Source: a virus
Lineage: Duplodnaviria > Caudoviricetes
DNA: 58,085 bases
Reading direction: 5' to 3' (one strand)
IMG/VR virus record: IMGVR_UViG_3300045256_000822
Span: 1 to 58,085 of that record
Shown here: piece by piece, positions 1-8,534 of the stretch
Layout: every line of letters starts with the position of its first letter
Position numbering within the stretch: the first letter of the stretch is position 1
Position numbers and translations under genes: made by a program
Notes under the pieces: model-generated
Told to the model about the DNA's origin: nothing
The model's database searches: none
The model's input: only the letters and a program-made list of their open reading frames with translations

Positions 1-363
1 ATGAAAGTATTCGGTAGCGTCGTTCGCGCGCTGGTTATACTTGCTGTAACCGGATGCTCCTCTCCCCAATCTTCTGGCCCTTCTGACGAGGTGAAGGAAA
101 AGCTGAAGGCGAATCCGATGTTCGCGGATTGCGGATGCTACGTGAGGGATGGCAGCCGAATCGCCTACTTCAGAAGTCCACCTTGGGGGTCGAGCAACAT
201 CAGTACCGGGCAGAAGGTGGACATAGTCGTTATCAACGGAGACTGTTCGAATCTGTCTTGCTCTATCGGTAACTTGGTGAGTTACGGCGATCTCAGCATG
301 ACCGTTTCTCGCACCCAGGATACGGACCCATTCGCAAAATTTATCATCTATGGCTGGCCTTGA
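1..363 (+). CDS. Cys-rich lipoprotein, unknown function
   Basis: Signal peptide with lipobox-like LAVTG-C; four further Cys; lower GC than phage core. Confidence 0.7.
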   Translation: MKVFGSVVRALVILAVTGCSSPQSSGPSDEVKEKLKANPMFADCGCYVRDGSRIAYFRSPPWGSSNISTGQKVDIVVINGDCSNLSCSIGNLVSYGDLSMTVSRTQDTDPFAKFIIYGWP

Positions 364-372
364 GGTCTGGCC

Positions 373-846
373 ATGGCAACGAGCTTATCGCCGCTGATCG
401 GCGCTTTCTTGCTCGCAGTTTTTAGCCTCGGTGGTTGCGATCGGCAGCCTAGCACGTCGGACAGCCGGAAGGCTGACTTTCCGGCTTCCGAATGCACATT
501 GCCGAGTTTTCACGTGCCGGGTGAGAACGTGGTCCATGGGGAAGGCCCAAACGATCACGTTGGCAGGGCAACAGTGTATTCAGGCGCTTCGGCGACGGTT
601 TGTTCAAAATTCTTCGATGCGTCGAAGTCGGTGGCTGGCGTCTACTGTAGCGTTGAGCAGAACCCGAGCATTGGGATGGTCGGATGCCCGCTCATTGCCG
701 ACTGCCCGGCGCCGGTTGTGGGTCGCGCAACTTGGGTGTCATTGCGAGATTCGGTCGCGGGAAGTCGACGTCAGATCTGCGGCGACTTCACCAACAGAAC
801 GCAAACGACCATAGGCGCAGAACTGTGGGTGAAGACCGCACCGTAG
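373..846 (+). CDS. Cys-rich lipoprotein, unknown function
   Basis: Hydrophobic N-terminus ending SLGG-C; six further Cys; starts 10 nt after upstream gene. Confidence 0.7.
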   Translation: MATSLSPLIGAFLLAVFSLGGCDRQPSTSDSRKADFPASECTLPSFHVPGENVVHGEGPNDHVGRATVYSGASATVCSKFFDASKSVAGVYCSVEQNPSIGMVGCPLIADCPAPVVGRATWVSLRDSVAGSRRQICGDFTNRTQTTIGAELWVKTAP

Positions 847-851
847 CAGCG

Positions 852-2168
852 CTAGACGATATTTTTTTTGGCGTCCTTGGATCTCGGAGGCATCCCGATC
901 GGCATTGCTGCGATGAGCTGCTGTCGCATAGCCTCAACATCCTGCTCATAGCGCTCGATCGACCGGTCATCGCGCCACCCCGCCTGCGCCTTGATGAAGC
1001 TGCGCGGGATCTGCATCGCGCGGCCGTAGGTGGCGAACCAGTGCCGCAGCCAATGCTGAGTGAACTGCCGTACTAGCCGGGCATCCGCTCGCAGCTGGTC
1101 CGCCAGCGCGGGATCGCCGTCCCGCCGGGCGCGCACAGAGGCGCGCAGCAGGGCCCGGATGGCTCGCCGCTTCATCGCATTGAGGCCGGTCTTATTGAAC
1201 CCCGAGGCGCCCTTGTCGAAGGCTTTCCGGCTGTACGGACGACGGTGGTGCGTCAGAAACAGCGGCTCCTTCCGCATGTGCAGGCGGCCGCGCCACTCCA
1301 GATACTCTCGGAGGACCTCGACGGCAGCCGGGTGCAACTTCGCGACCACGTCGTCGCCGTTCTTGGTGTTGTGGAAGGTGACTTGGCAGCGGGCATCCGT
1401 CAGCACGAGGTCGCCTAAGGCGCACCCGAAGATGATGCTTGATACGCGGGCGCCGGTTGACCACTCGGTGTAGAGCTGCGCGCGCAGGCTGATATGTGCG
1501 TGGCCGAAGACAAACACGAGGAGGTCCGGCCGCAGCTCGGCGACGCGCCGGCGAGGGCGGGGTGCCTGGCGCTTCGTCTTCTCGCGGGCGGCATCCGGAT
1601 CCACCAGCGCCGGCACGGCTGGGAGATAGCCGCGGTCCTCGTGAACGCACCATTTGAGGAACGGTCGGACGATGTTGACGTGGCGTTGCCTCGAGTCCTG
1701 AAGGTTGCCGACGTGCCGCGCGTCGAGCCAGTCACGCCAGTCCTTCGACTGTATCTCGGTCAGCAGCCGGAACCCGAACTTCCGCACGACCTCCTGAATG
1801 ATGCCGAAGTCCTTGTGGGACATCTTGGCACCGCGTCCGCCCGGCTTCGGTGTGCCATCCGGCCTTAGTTCGAGGTACTCACTAGCCGCAACCGCGACGG
1901 GCCTGGTCGGCTTGACCCCGTGGATGACCTCGCCACGGATTTCGTCCTCGAGCTTGCGCCGGATGGCGTCGGCGTCTTCCCAGAGATCTGGTCGCGCCGG
2001 CAGTTCAGTACTGCGTCGTACGCGGACTGAATCGCCCTTGACCCTAAGGGTCCCGTGTACGTGCCAGTAGCCGTCCCGCTCGATGATGCGGAGAGCCGTG
2101 TTCCGTGCTTTGCGCTGTCGTGGGCGATGATTGCGGCGCGGAGGGCGCTGTACGTCTGCTCGGTCCAT
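852..2168 (-). CDS. int: Tyrosine recombinase / phage integrase
   Basis: Catalytic motifs TGARVSS (R), TKNG (K), HWLRH (HxxR), AGW...ERY (W, Y); start codon uncertain. Confidence 0.93.
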   Translation of the reverse strand: MDRADVQRPPRRNHRPRQRKARNTALRIIERDGYWHVHGTLRVKGDSVRVRRSTELPARPDLWEDADAIRRKLEDEIRGEVIHGVKPTRPVAVAASEYLELRPDGTPKPGGRGAKMSHKDFGIIQEVVRKFGFRLLTEIQSKDWRDWLDARHVGNLQDSRQRHVNIVRPFLKWCVHEDRGYLPAVPALVDPDAAREKTKRQAPRPRRRVAELRPDLLVFVFGHAHISLRAQLYTEWSTGARVSSIIFGCALGDLVLTDARCQVTFHNTKNGDDVVAKLHPAAVEVLREYLEWRGRLHMRKEPLFLTHHRRPYSRKAFDKGASGFNKTGLNAMKRRAIRALLRASVRARRDGDPALADQLRADARLVRQFTQHWLRHWFATYGRAMQIPRSFIKAQAGWRDDRSIERYEQDVEAMRQQLIAAMPIGMPPRSKDAKKNIV

Positions 2169-2320
2169 CGCTTGTCTCGGCCGATGAAATGGTGGAACTG
2201 GAATAGCCGCTCGGAAGGCCTCCGCAGGGCGTCCTCGCGCAGGCGGTCCTGTAGCCAGCGGACGGACTTGTTCAGTCGGCCAGCTACGACCTCAATAGTC
2301 AAGTCACTGGATGCATTCAT
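1865..2320 (-). CDS. Excisionase-like HTH protein overlapping the integrase 5' end
   Basis: LTIEVVAGRLNKSVRWLQ is MerR/Xis-like HTH; GRDKRWTE wing; lies directly upstream of int; Ser/Thr-rich tail in the overlap. Confidence 0.65.
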   Translation of the reverse strand: MNASSDLTIEVVAGRLNKSVRWLQDRLREDALRRPSERLFQFHHFIGRDKRWTEQTYSALRAAIIAHDSAKHGTRLSASSSGTATGTYTGPLGSRAIQSAYDAVLNCRRDQISGKTPTPSGASSRTKSVARSSTGSSRPGPSRLRLVSTSN

Positions 2321-2415
2321 ACGGCCATCAATCCCGTCGCGCCTGTCAGGCTATGGAGTTCGATGTATGCTGTCGCAACTTGCAGGAGAAAGGAGACAGT
2401 TGTTACGATCTCGTC

Positions 2416-3078
2416 ATGAGTGCGTTCCCGTCGAAATACATTTGGGCTGCAGTGTTCGGCGCGGCGCTGATCGTGCTCCTTCCGTTCTTCACCGAGCAAT
2501 ACCTTTCGGCCACCACAGATGCGCGCGTGCAGGCTCTTGGCAATATTGTCGGAGGAGTCATCGGCGCTTTCGGAGCGGCTCTCGCAATCATGGTCGCGGT
2601 CAGAATTCAGGAGCATGACGCTGACCGGTTTAACAGAGCACTGACCAATGAGCTTCAAGACGTCGTGGTCGATTTCTACCTGGCTAGGAACATCATCATT
2701 CTTGCACGTACGGTGCACGACGATCTGACTCGGCCGTCTCCGATAAAGAAGCATCGCTTGGGCTATCGCTGGTTCCAAGACATAGTAATACGAAGGCCTT
2801 CTCTTTATCGCGCGATGGCCGAACGAAGTGTCGTCACCGACTATTCTTTGATCCGCGACTTTCTTGTTGTTTATGACGAGATACAGGAGTTCTCGGAATT
2901 CATCAACGAAATCAAATATAAGGTTGGTGACGACGAAATTCAGAAACATGATATCACCGCCGCACATAGGCGTGCGCTTGAGGTTGACATGACGATTTGG
3001 CCCATACTTTCGAAAATGGCTCCGCACCTCTTTGACAGAGAATTCCGCGGAGAAGTTACAGCGCTGCTTGAGCGATAG
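2416..3078 (+). CDS. Membrane-anchored moron protein (2 TM + helical domain)
   Basis: Lower GC, opposite to flanking operon; AAGGAG upstream of ATG 2416; two hydrophobic segments. Confidence 0.7.
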   Translation: MSAFPSKYIWAAVFGAALIVLLPFFTEQYLSATTDARVQALGNIVGGVIGAFGAALAIMVAVRIQEHDADRFNRALTNELQDVVVDFYLARNIIILARTVHDDLTRPSPIKKHRLGYRWFQDIVIRRPSLYRAMAERSVVTDYSLIRDFLVVYDEIQEFSEFINEIKYKVGDDEIQKHDITAAHRRALEVDMTIWPILSKMAPHLFDREFRGEVTALLER

Positions 3079-3140
3079 CGCGATCCGTCGGGCGAATCGC
3101 CCCTTCTCGTCAGTGCGGCCGCGGCATGACCGAACTATGA

Positions 3141-3572
3141 TCATGACACCGACGGCATCCCGCCGCTTCCGACTGTTCGCATCATGGCGAGCATCGACCG
3201 ACGCACCTTCGCATCCTTGATCCGATAGTAGGCACTTACCAATTTTACTGTCTCGCGCGATGCCATTGGATCGTCGGTTTTGGCTTGCGTAGTGTCGTGC
3301 GGCTTGAAGCGCCGAGCACTCGATCGCGTCTCTTCGAAGAACCAACCGACCGTCACGTCGAGCACCTGGGCGAGGGCATAGAGCCGGCTAGCCGACACGC
3401 GGTTGGTGCCGCGCTCGTATTTCTGGAGCTGCTGGAATGACACGCCGATGTCTTTGGCGAGCTTGTCCTGGCTGAGCCCAAGCAGCGTGCGGCGCAGGCG
3501 GATCCGCGAGCCGACGTGAATGTCGACCGGATCGGGATCGTCGTATCTCTGACCTCTATTGAGCTTTGGCAT
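3141..3572 (-). CDS. XRE-family transcriptional regulator (alphaproteobacterial PraR/PhrR-like)
   Basis: PDPVDIHVGSRIRLRR...SQDKLA...VSFQQLQKYERGTNRVSASRL; RBS AGGAG before ATG 3572. Confidence 0.9.
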   Translation of the reverse strand: MPKLNRGQRYDDPDPVDIHVGSRIRLRRTLLGLSQDKLAKDIGVSFQQLQKYERGTNRVSASRLYALAQVLDVTVGWFFEETRSSARRFKPHDTTQAKTDDPMASRETVKLVSAYYRIKDAKVRRSMLAMMRTVGSGGMPSVS

Positions 3573-3855
3573 CTGTCTCTCCTGTGGTTGACTGCGTTGC
3601 TGGGCCTGCGTCGTATGGGACCTGTTCGGCTTGTTCGGGGTCACGGGGAAGCTCCGCGGCGAGCTGCCGTAGGCGATCGCGATGCCTATCCACCCACTTC
3701 AGAGTGGCGAGCACTGCTTCCATATTCGCGATGCGCTGATCTGCCTCCGCTTGATCCATGTCCTTGGTGTGGACGCGTTTTGCGTAGACGTTGCGCCGCA
3801 GCCCGATCTCACGGCCGACCTCCTTAATCTGCTCAGCAATAGGGACAGCGGGCAT
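3556..3855 (-). CDS. Conserved phage hypothetical protein
   Basis: Operonic spacing; EQIKEVGREIGLRRNVY motif typical of small phage proteins. Confidence 0.75.
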   Translation of the reverse strand: MPAVPIAEQIKEVGREIGLRRNVYAKRVHTKDMDQAEADQRIANMEAVLATLKWVDRHRDRLRQLAAELPRDPEQAEQVPYDAGPATQSTTGETDAKAQ

Positions 3856-3858
3856 GGC

Positions 3859-5379
3859 TCAGCGCTCGACGACGTTGACCTTCATGCCCTGTACCGAACG
3901 ATAGCTCTTGTCGGTTTCGATGGTCAGGAAACCGTCGGTGACCAGCCCCTTCAGATTCTGATAGAGGTTGCCGTCGTTCACATCGGGACCGGTCCGCTTG
4001 AGTTCGTTCCGGACGGCTGTCTGCTTCTTACCGTCGTCGAAGAAGCCGGCGGCGAGGAGTCGCGCCACGCGGCCGCGGAGGCTCGTGCCGTCGATTTGGA
4101 CGACCTTCCTCGCGACCTCGACCATCAGCTCTGGTTTGTGCGTGAGCACCTTGAACAGAGCAGGATCGGTCGGCAACTCCCTGAGCAGTCGCGCCTTAAA
4201 CGCCGCATAGGTTGCATCGAAATCGGTCGGCATCGCTGGAAAAAGCGACGTTGGGATCGGCGCCGGCGCCACCGCCGCGCGATCGCGCGCCGCAAGCCGG
4301 TCCTCGAGGTCTCGAATCTGCGCCTTGAGCCGGGTGTTCTCCTGCGCCAGTGCCTCGGCTTCCTGTCGGTTCACTTCCTCCTCCTTCGGCTGCGGCCGCC
4401 GCGGCGGCGCTACGGTGCCAATGGGTCTATCGCCGCGCGCGATGTCCGCGGCGGCGTTGTGGCTCATCCAGGCTGGCTGGACGTATGTCAGGACACAGTG
4501 CGTGCCCCAGCACGCGAAAAACTGGCCGCGCTCGAGCCGCGCGATGTCGGCCGGCTTCGGGCGCTTGATGCTGGCCGGGATGTTGGCCAGGTTGCGCTTA
4601 ATCTCGTTCGCCTCGCGTTGAACGCCGATCAGCCACACGGCGGCGCCGCGAAGGATGACCTTGTCGACGCCGGCCATGTCCTGGCTGTCAACCCAGATGT
4701 AATTGCCGAGCGCGGCGCCCTTGCGGACGAGGGTCACCGCCGAGGCCTTCACCGGCGAGCCCTTGCCCTCCGGGATGAACTCCCACGCCTCTGGCACGAG
4801 GACGACGGTGTGCTTCTCGTGCTCGTTCACCCAATCGATGGCCGACTGGACGAACAGCATTTGCATGGGCGTGGCGAAGCCGCTCACGTCCATCACGTTG
4901 AGCCCAGGCTGAAGGTCGAGGCGCGCGGTCAGGCTGGCGCGGCCGATCTCCGGCACGATCAGGTCGAGGTAGGCGTCCAGCTGGGTATAGACGCCCTCGT
5001 TGATGCCCTTGGCTGTCCGCAGCGCTTCCCGAACTGCCTTCTGAACGTCGGCGAGCGTTCGGGTCGTGCGGCATATCCGCATGATCCACGGCCGCAGGAA
5101 CTTGTTCTTCTCCTGCAAGGTCGCGTCGAGGATCGAGGTCACGAACTGCCAGTCTGCGCGATCGCGGAAATAGGGCTGGATCCGCCGGCTATCGTCGAAG
5201 GAGGTCTCGCCGCGCTTCGTCACGAACGCGATCGCCTGCACCCCGGACCGCTTCACCAGCGCTTCGAGCGTAGTGGTTTTTCCGCTCTCTTGGGTCTGCC
5301 CCACTACAGCCATGTGCCGGCGCGGGATCTCGACGGGCCGGCCGCTATCGACCTCGAAGCCGAGATGGACGGCGGTCAT
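3859..5379 (-). CDS. HerA/FtsK-like (DUF87-type) P-loop ATPase with coiled coil and C-terminal winged-helix-like domain
   Basis: HMAVVGQTQESGKTT Walker A; VVLVPEAWEF Walker B variant; VRKGAALG and DSQ motifs. Confidence 0.75.
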   Translation of the reverse strand: MTAVHLGFEVDSGRPVEIPRRHMAVVGQTQESGKTTTLEALVKRSGVQAIAFVTKRGETSFDDSRRIQPYFRDRADWQFVTSILDATLQEKNKFLRPWIMRICRTTRTLADVQKAVREALRTAKGINEGVYTQLDAYLDLIVPEIGRASLTARLDLQPGLNVMDVSGFATPMQMLFVQSAIDWVNEHEKHTVVLVPEAWEFIPEGKGSPVKASAVTLVRKGAALGNYIWVDSQDMAGVDKVILRGAAVWLIGVQREANEIKRNLANIPASIKRPKPADIARLERGQFFACWGTHCVLTYVQPAWMSHNAAADIARGDRPIGTVAPPRRPQPKEEEVNRQEAEALAQENTRLKAQIRDLEDRLAARDRAAVAPAPIPTSLFPAMPTDFDATYAAFKARLLRELPTDPALFKVLTHKPELMVEVARKVVQIDGTSLRGRVARLLAAGFFDDGKKQTAVRNELKRTGPDVNDGNLYQNLKGLVTDGFLTIETDKSYRSVQGMKVNVVER

Positions 5380-5777
5380 CGGATCAGCCCCGCAGCGAGC
5401 CGCGCACGGTGGATGATCCGCATGCCGGCGGCCGTGTCGCCAGACACGCGCCAGAGCGCCGCGGCGATCGCGCGCGCGTCGAGCCCCATGTCACGGAAGT
5501 GCTTCTCGTCGTCGCCGGAGGCGTGCGCCGCCTCGTGCTCCGCGCGGGTCACCGGCACCGCGTCCTTATCCTTGTTCGTCCGGCCCATGCCCTTCGGCAG
5601 GCCGTCGAGGTTGCCCAGGAGGTGGTGCGCGTCCCCGCACGGCTCGATGCCGCTCACGATCGACGGCAGCGTCTTCAGCCAGTCGAGGTGCTTCTGCGAC
5701 ATGCCGGGCGTGCGGGACCGCCGGCGCTGAGTGACGCCGATCGGCAGGGCCGACTTATCGATGCGTGGCGCGCGCAT
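5376..5777 (-). CDS. DUF968-like / HNH-like putative nuclease
   Basis: HLDWLKTLP...DAHHL...AVPVTRAEH...H pattern; TGATG coupling to upstream gene. Confidence 0.65.
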   Translation of the reverse strand: MRAPRIDKSALPIGVTQRRRSRTPGMSQKHLDWLKTLPSIVSGIEPCGDAHHLLGNLDGLPKGMGRTNKDKDAVPVTRAEHEAAHASGDDEKHFRDMGLDARAIAAALWRVSGDTAAGMRIIHRARLAAGLIR

Positions 5778-6517
5778 CAGGCGTTGAACCCGTGCTTGGC
5801 GAACTGAGCGAAGGTCTCTTCCCGGAAGCTCCGGCTCATCTGCTGCGAATACTGGATTTCGAGAGGACTCGCGGCGCGCTCGAGGGCCAGGTACACGCCT
5901 AGCGACTGAGCCCGTTCCATCATCCTCGCGAGGAGGTCCTTGAAGGTATCGACAGCGTTGCTCAGTTTTTGGATGTACTCGCGGTCTGGCGCCGTCTGTA
6001 TCAGCGCCGGCGGCATTTGCGGGTGATAGGAGTAGAGGTCCGCGCGATCGAGGTCGGCGATCCAGATTTGGCCCTGTACTTGCGGCTTGTATTCGGGCGC
6101 GGCGCCGTCGAGCAGGTAGCCCAGGTGCACATGCTGGCTGGGGCATTTGATCTCCAGCGCAATGCGCCGATCCTTGCCGTCCATCACCAATCGGTCGGGG
6201 CTGAAGCCGACCGAGCCGTCGTCCGTCGTGATGAATCCGACCTTGATAGTCTTCTTCTCGATGTGGAACTCGTATTGCCGAACGGCGTCGTCCTCAAGCT
6301 CCTTGCCGCGCTCCATCCACTCCTGCCCGTCGATAGTCGCGCTGGGCATGTTGAGGAGCTTTTCCGCGCAGAGCCGCAGTGCGTACTTGTAGGCGGACGC
6401 GGATAGCTCGCACTTCTTCGGCGTCACAATCTGGTCGAAGCACGAGGCAGTCGGGATGCCGAGCCGGAGCTTGAACCACTCGGGCGAACCTTGTTCGACG
6501 TCGGCGTAGATCTTCAT
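5777..6517 (-). CDS. YqaJ / lambda-exonuclease family protein
   Basis: QGSPEWFKLRLGIPTAS, RGKELE, SPDRL, LEIKCP, QVQGQ motifs; ATGA overlap at 6514-6517. Confidence 0.92.
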   Translation of the reverse strand: MKIYADVEQGSPEWFKLRLGIPTASCFDQIVTPKKCELSASAYKYALRLCAEKLLNMPSATIDGQEWMERGKELEDDAVRQYEFHIEKKTIKVGFITTDDGSVGFSPDRLVMDGKDRRIALEIKCPSQHVHLGYLLDGAAPEYKPQVQGQIWIADLDRADLYSYHPQMPPALIQTAPDREYIQKLSNAVDTFKDLLARMMERAQSLGVYLALERAASPLEIQYSQQMSRSFREETFAQFAKHGFNA

Positions 6518-6762
6518 GACACCAGCCTGTAGCCGGTGCTGCTCGACTTGAACCGAGGCAGCTTGATCTTCGTGGCATGGCCGACAGCCGTCCATCCGGC
6601 CGGCCGGATGGCGTTGTATCGGCCTCGTCCGGGCCCGGCATTGTCACGATCCCGAACTACGACACAGTGAGCGTAATCGCCATCTATCCGTTCAACGGGG
6701 ACCTGACGACCGGCAGCGCGCTTATCGTTGTCAGCCCATATCTGCCCCACAGCGACGGTCAC
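6514..6762 (-). CDS. Small hypothetical phage protein (SH3-like, DUF6354-like)
   Basis: VGQIWADNDKR...STGYRLV; translationally coupled on both sides. Confidence 0.7.
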   Translation of the reverse strand: MTVAVGQIWADNDKRAAGRQVPVERIDGDYAHCVVVRDRDNAGPGRGRYNAIRPAGWTAVGHATKIKLPRFKSSSTGYRLVS

Positions 6763-7607
6763 GGCGCCACCTTCTTCTGTCGCTTCGTCAGCAGCATGTT
6801 CTTCGCCGGGATGTAATTGGCGCGCTGCAGCTCGCCGATGTGCTGGATGCCGAAGGTGCCGGCGAACTTGCGTTCGTCCGTGCCGGTCTCCTCGATAAGC
6901 TTCTGCAGCTCGGCGATCTGCTCATTGGTGATGCGTTGGATGCCGGCGAGTTTCGCGTCATCGTCCTCACCTTCGGTCACGATGTTGAGGGCGGCCGTAG
7001 CGGCGTAGCGCTTGCCGTAGGACATGGCCGAGCCCCAGCCCTGAATGCTGTTCTTGCCCCCGCTCGAATCGCAGGGGACGGGTGGGCCGGCGGTCTCGGT
7101 CGAATGGCCGGCCGAGTGGCGAAGGATGGCGACCATGGTCAGTGCGCCATCCGTGCGCTCACTGCGGAACGAGAGGGCGAACCCGTGCTCTGCGAGGATC
7201 GGCCTGATCGCGTCGTCGATCGCCTCCCAGGTCGCGTAGCGCGACACCAGCTTCTGCTCGCCATCCGGGTCGTTCTTGTTCTTCGGATAGGTGAGCGCGC
7301 CGCCCTTCTTGATCCGTGGCAGCTTCTGCTGCATGGCGAGGAACGCCGTGTTGAAAGCGGATTCGGCCTGCCGCGCCTCCATGCGCTCTTGCATTTTCAA
7401 GAGGGCTTCCATCTTGGTGACGTCGACGGCGGGATCTCGTGCAAGCCGGATGATCGCTGGTAGGAGCGACGTCGGCTCCGGCTCGACGAGGGCAGGGGGC
7501 GGCGCTTCGGTTGCGGGTACGACCGCATTACCGGCTGGCTCGGTCGCCGCAGCGGGCTCCTCGATCACAGCCGCGGGCTCTTCAAGAAGGGCGGGGACGG
7601 TGTTCAT
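6759..7607 (-). CDS. erf: ERF-family single-strand annealing protein
   Basis: GSAMSYGKRYAATAALNIVTEGEDDD ERF signature; adjacent to exonuclease. Confidence 0.92.
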   Translation of the reverse strand: MNTVPALLEEPAAVIEEPAAATEPAGNAVVPATEAPPPALVEPEPTSLLPAIIRLARDPAVDVTKMEALLKMQERMEARQAESAFNTAFLAMQQKLPRIKKGGALTYPKNKNDPDGEQKLVSRYATWEAIDDAIRPILAEHGFALSFRSERTDGALTMVAILRHSAGHSTETAGPPVPCDSSGGKNSIQGWGSAMSYGKRYAATAALNIVTEGEDDDAKLAGIQRITNEQIAELQKLIEETGTDERKFAGTFGIQHIGELQRANYIPAKNMLLTKRQKKVAP

Positions 7608-7755
7608 GGGCTCTTGGCTCCGTTGACGGGTTGGGAGGCTCGCCGGCGCGTGACAGACGCGCAGCGCCGGGCAGGAAGCCGCAGCGGCGGCATTTCCGCC
7701 GGCCGTCCTTGCGCTTCCGAATCTTGCGCTGTCCGCATCGTGGGCAGCTCGTCAT
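7582..7755 (-). CDS. 57-aa zinc-ribbon protein (not in ORF track)
   Basis: Manual translation MTSCPRCGQRKIRKRKDGRRKCRRCGF...: two CxxC; AAAGG upstream. Confidence 0.6.
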   Translation of the reverse strand: MTSCPRCGQRKIRKRKDGRRKCRRCGFLPGAARLSRAGEPPNPSTEPRAHEHRPRPS

Positions 7756-7760
7756 GGCAA

Positions 7761-7940
7761 CCTTTGAAATCGACGGGATTAGGGAGGAGGGCCTTCGCCC
7801 TGGGCCTCACGGCCCTCCTCCTGCATCCCGCTCGCGAGAGATCGAAGATCTCGAGCGAGTCATGAGAGTTGCGAATGCAACTCTCAGGGAGCCGCTCCTG
7901 TGAGGCTGAGGGCACCAGGTCACAGCTCCCAGTCGAAAGG
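7761..7940 (-). ncRNA. Putative ~180-nt multi-branch structured RNA
   Basis: Closing stem plus four contiguous stem-loop arms fill the whole intergenic gap; minus-strand loops include GTGA and CTTCG. Confidence 0.6.
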
Positions 7941-8375
7941 TCAGTCGGCGGCGGCAGCCGATTTCGCCTCGCCGTTCATGGCAGCGATCGGCAGCGCCTT
8001 GATCGTGTCGAGATGATTGGCAAGCAGCGAGCCCGCGAGGTCTTCGCGTTTCTTCCGCAGTTCCGCGCGCTTGATTTCCTGAATGGCGGCCGCTTCCTGG
8101 GCGAGCGTCTGCTCGTAGGCGGCGCGATCGACCTTGCCGATGATCCACTTCACCTGAACGCTGGAGTCGAAGTCGACGTCGACATCGGGTTCGACCACCT
8201 TGACCACCGTCATGTTGTGACGGGTGTCGGTTGGCACGACAACGAAGTCGCCCGCCTTGATCGCCTCGTCGAGCGTCTTGAAGATGGTCCGCGGCGCGTT
8301 GTCACCCTGTTCATAGGTGCACGCGAGTGCGCGCACGTGCTTGTTGATCAGAAAAACGGCTGTTGAGTAGTTCAT
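7941..8375 (-). CDS. Conserved phage hypothetical protein
   Basis: MNYSTAVFLINK... with GAGAGGA RBS; coding-like codon usage. Confidence 0.8.
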   Translation of the reverse strand: MNYSTAVFLINKHVRALACTYEQGDNAPRTIFKTLDEAIKAGDFVVVPTDTRHNMTVVKVVEPDVDVDFDSSVQVKWIIGKVDRAAYEQTLAQEAAAIQEIKRAELRKKREDLAGSLLANHLDTIKALPIAAMNGEAKSAAAAD

Positions 8376-8534
8376 CGGTCGGTCCTCTCTCTCCGGTGTG
8401 ATGGACGTGGTCGCCGCGCGGAACGCGGTCAGTTCAACTCGCTCCGATAGGTGGCGCCGCGCATGTGCAGCGCGAGGCACCGCTGCCAGAGTGGCGTGTG
8501 GCGGGTGAGGAACCGGGCGAGGAGGCGGCGGAGC

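Noticed and set aside
846-870. T-rich tract at the integrase 3' end as a possible att site
   Set aside because: No second copy or tRNA fragment seen in the window; cannot be supported.
3682-5730. 682-aa plus-strand ORF
   Set aside because: Antisense shadow of the ATPase and neighbours in high-GC DNA; no motifs. The same applies to 13959-15248, 23071-24228, 25184-26791, 35321-36859, 42055-43704 and 46510-48204.
7604-7915. 103-aa minus-strand ORF
   Set aside because: Runs through a nearly fully paired RNA structure; a better zinc-ribbon ORF exists in another frame.
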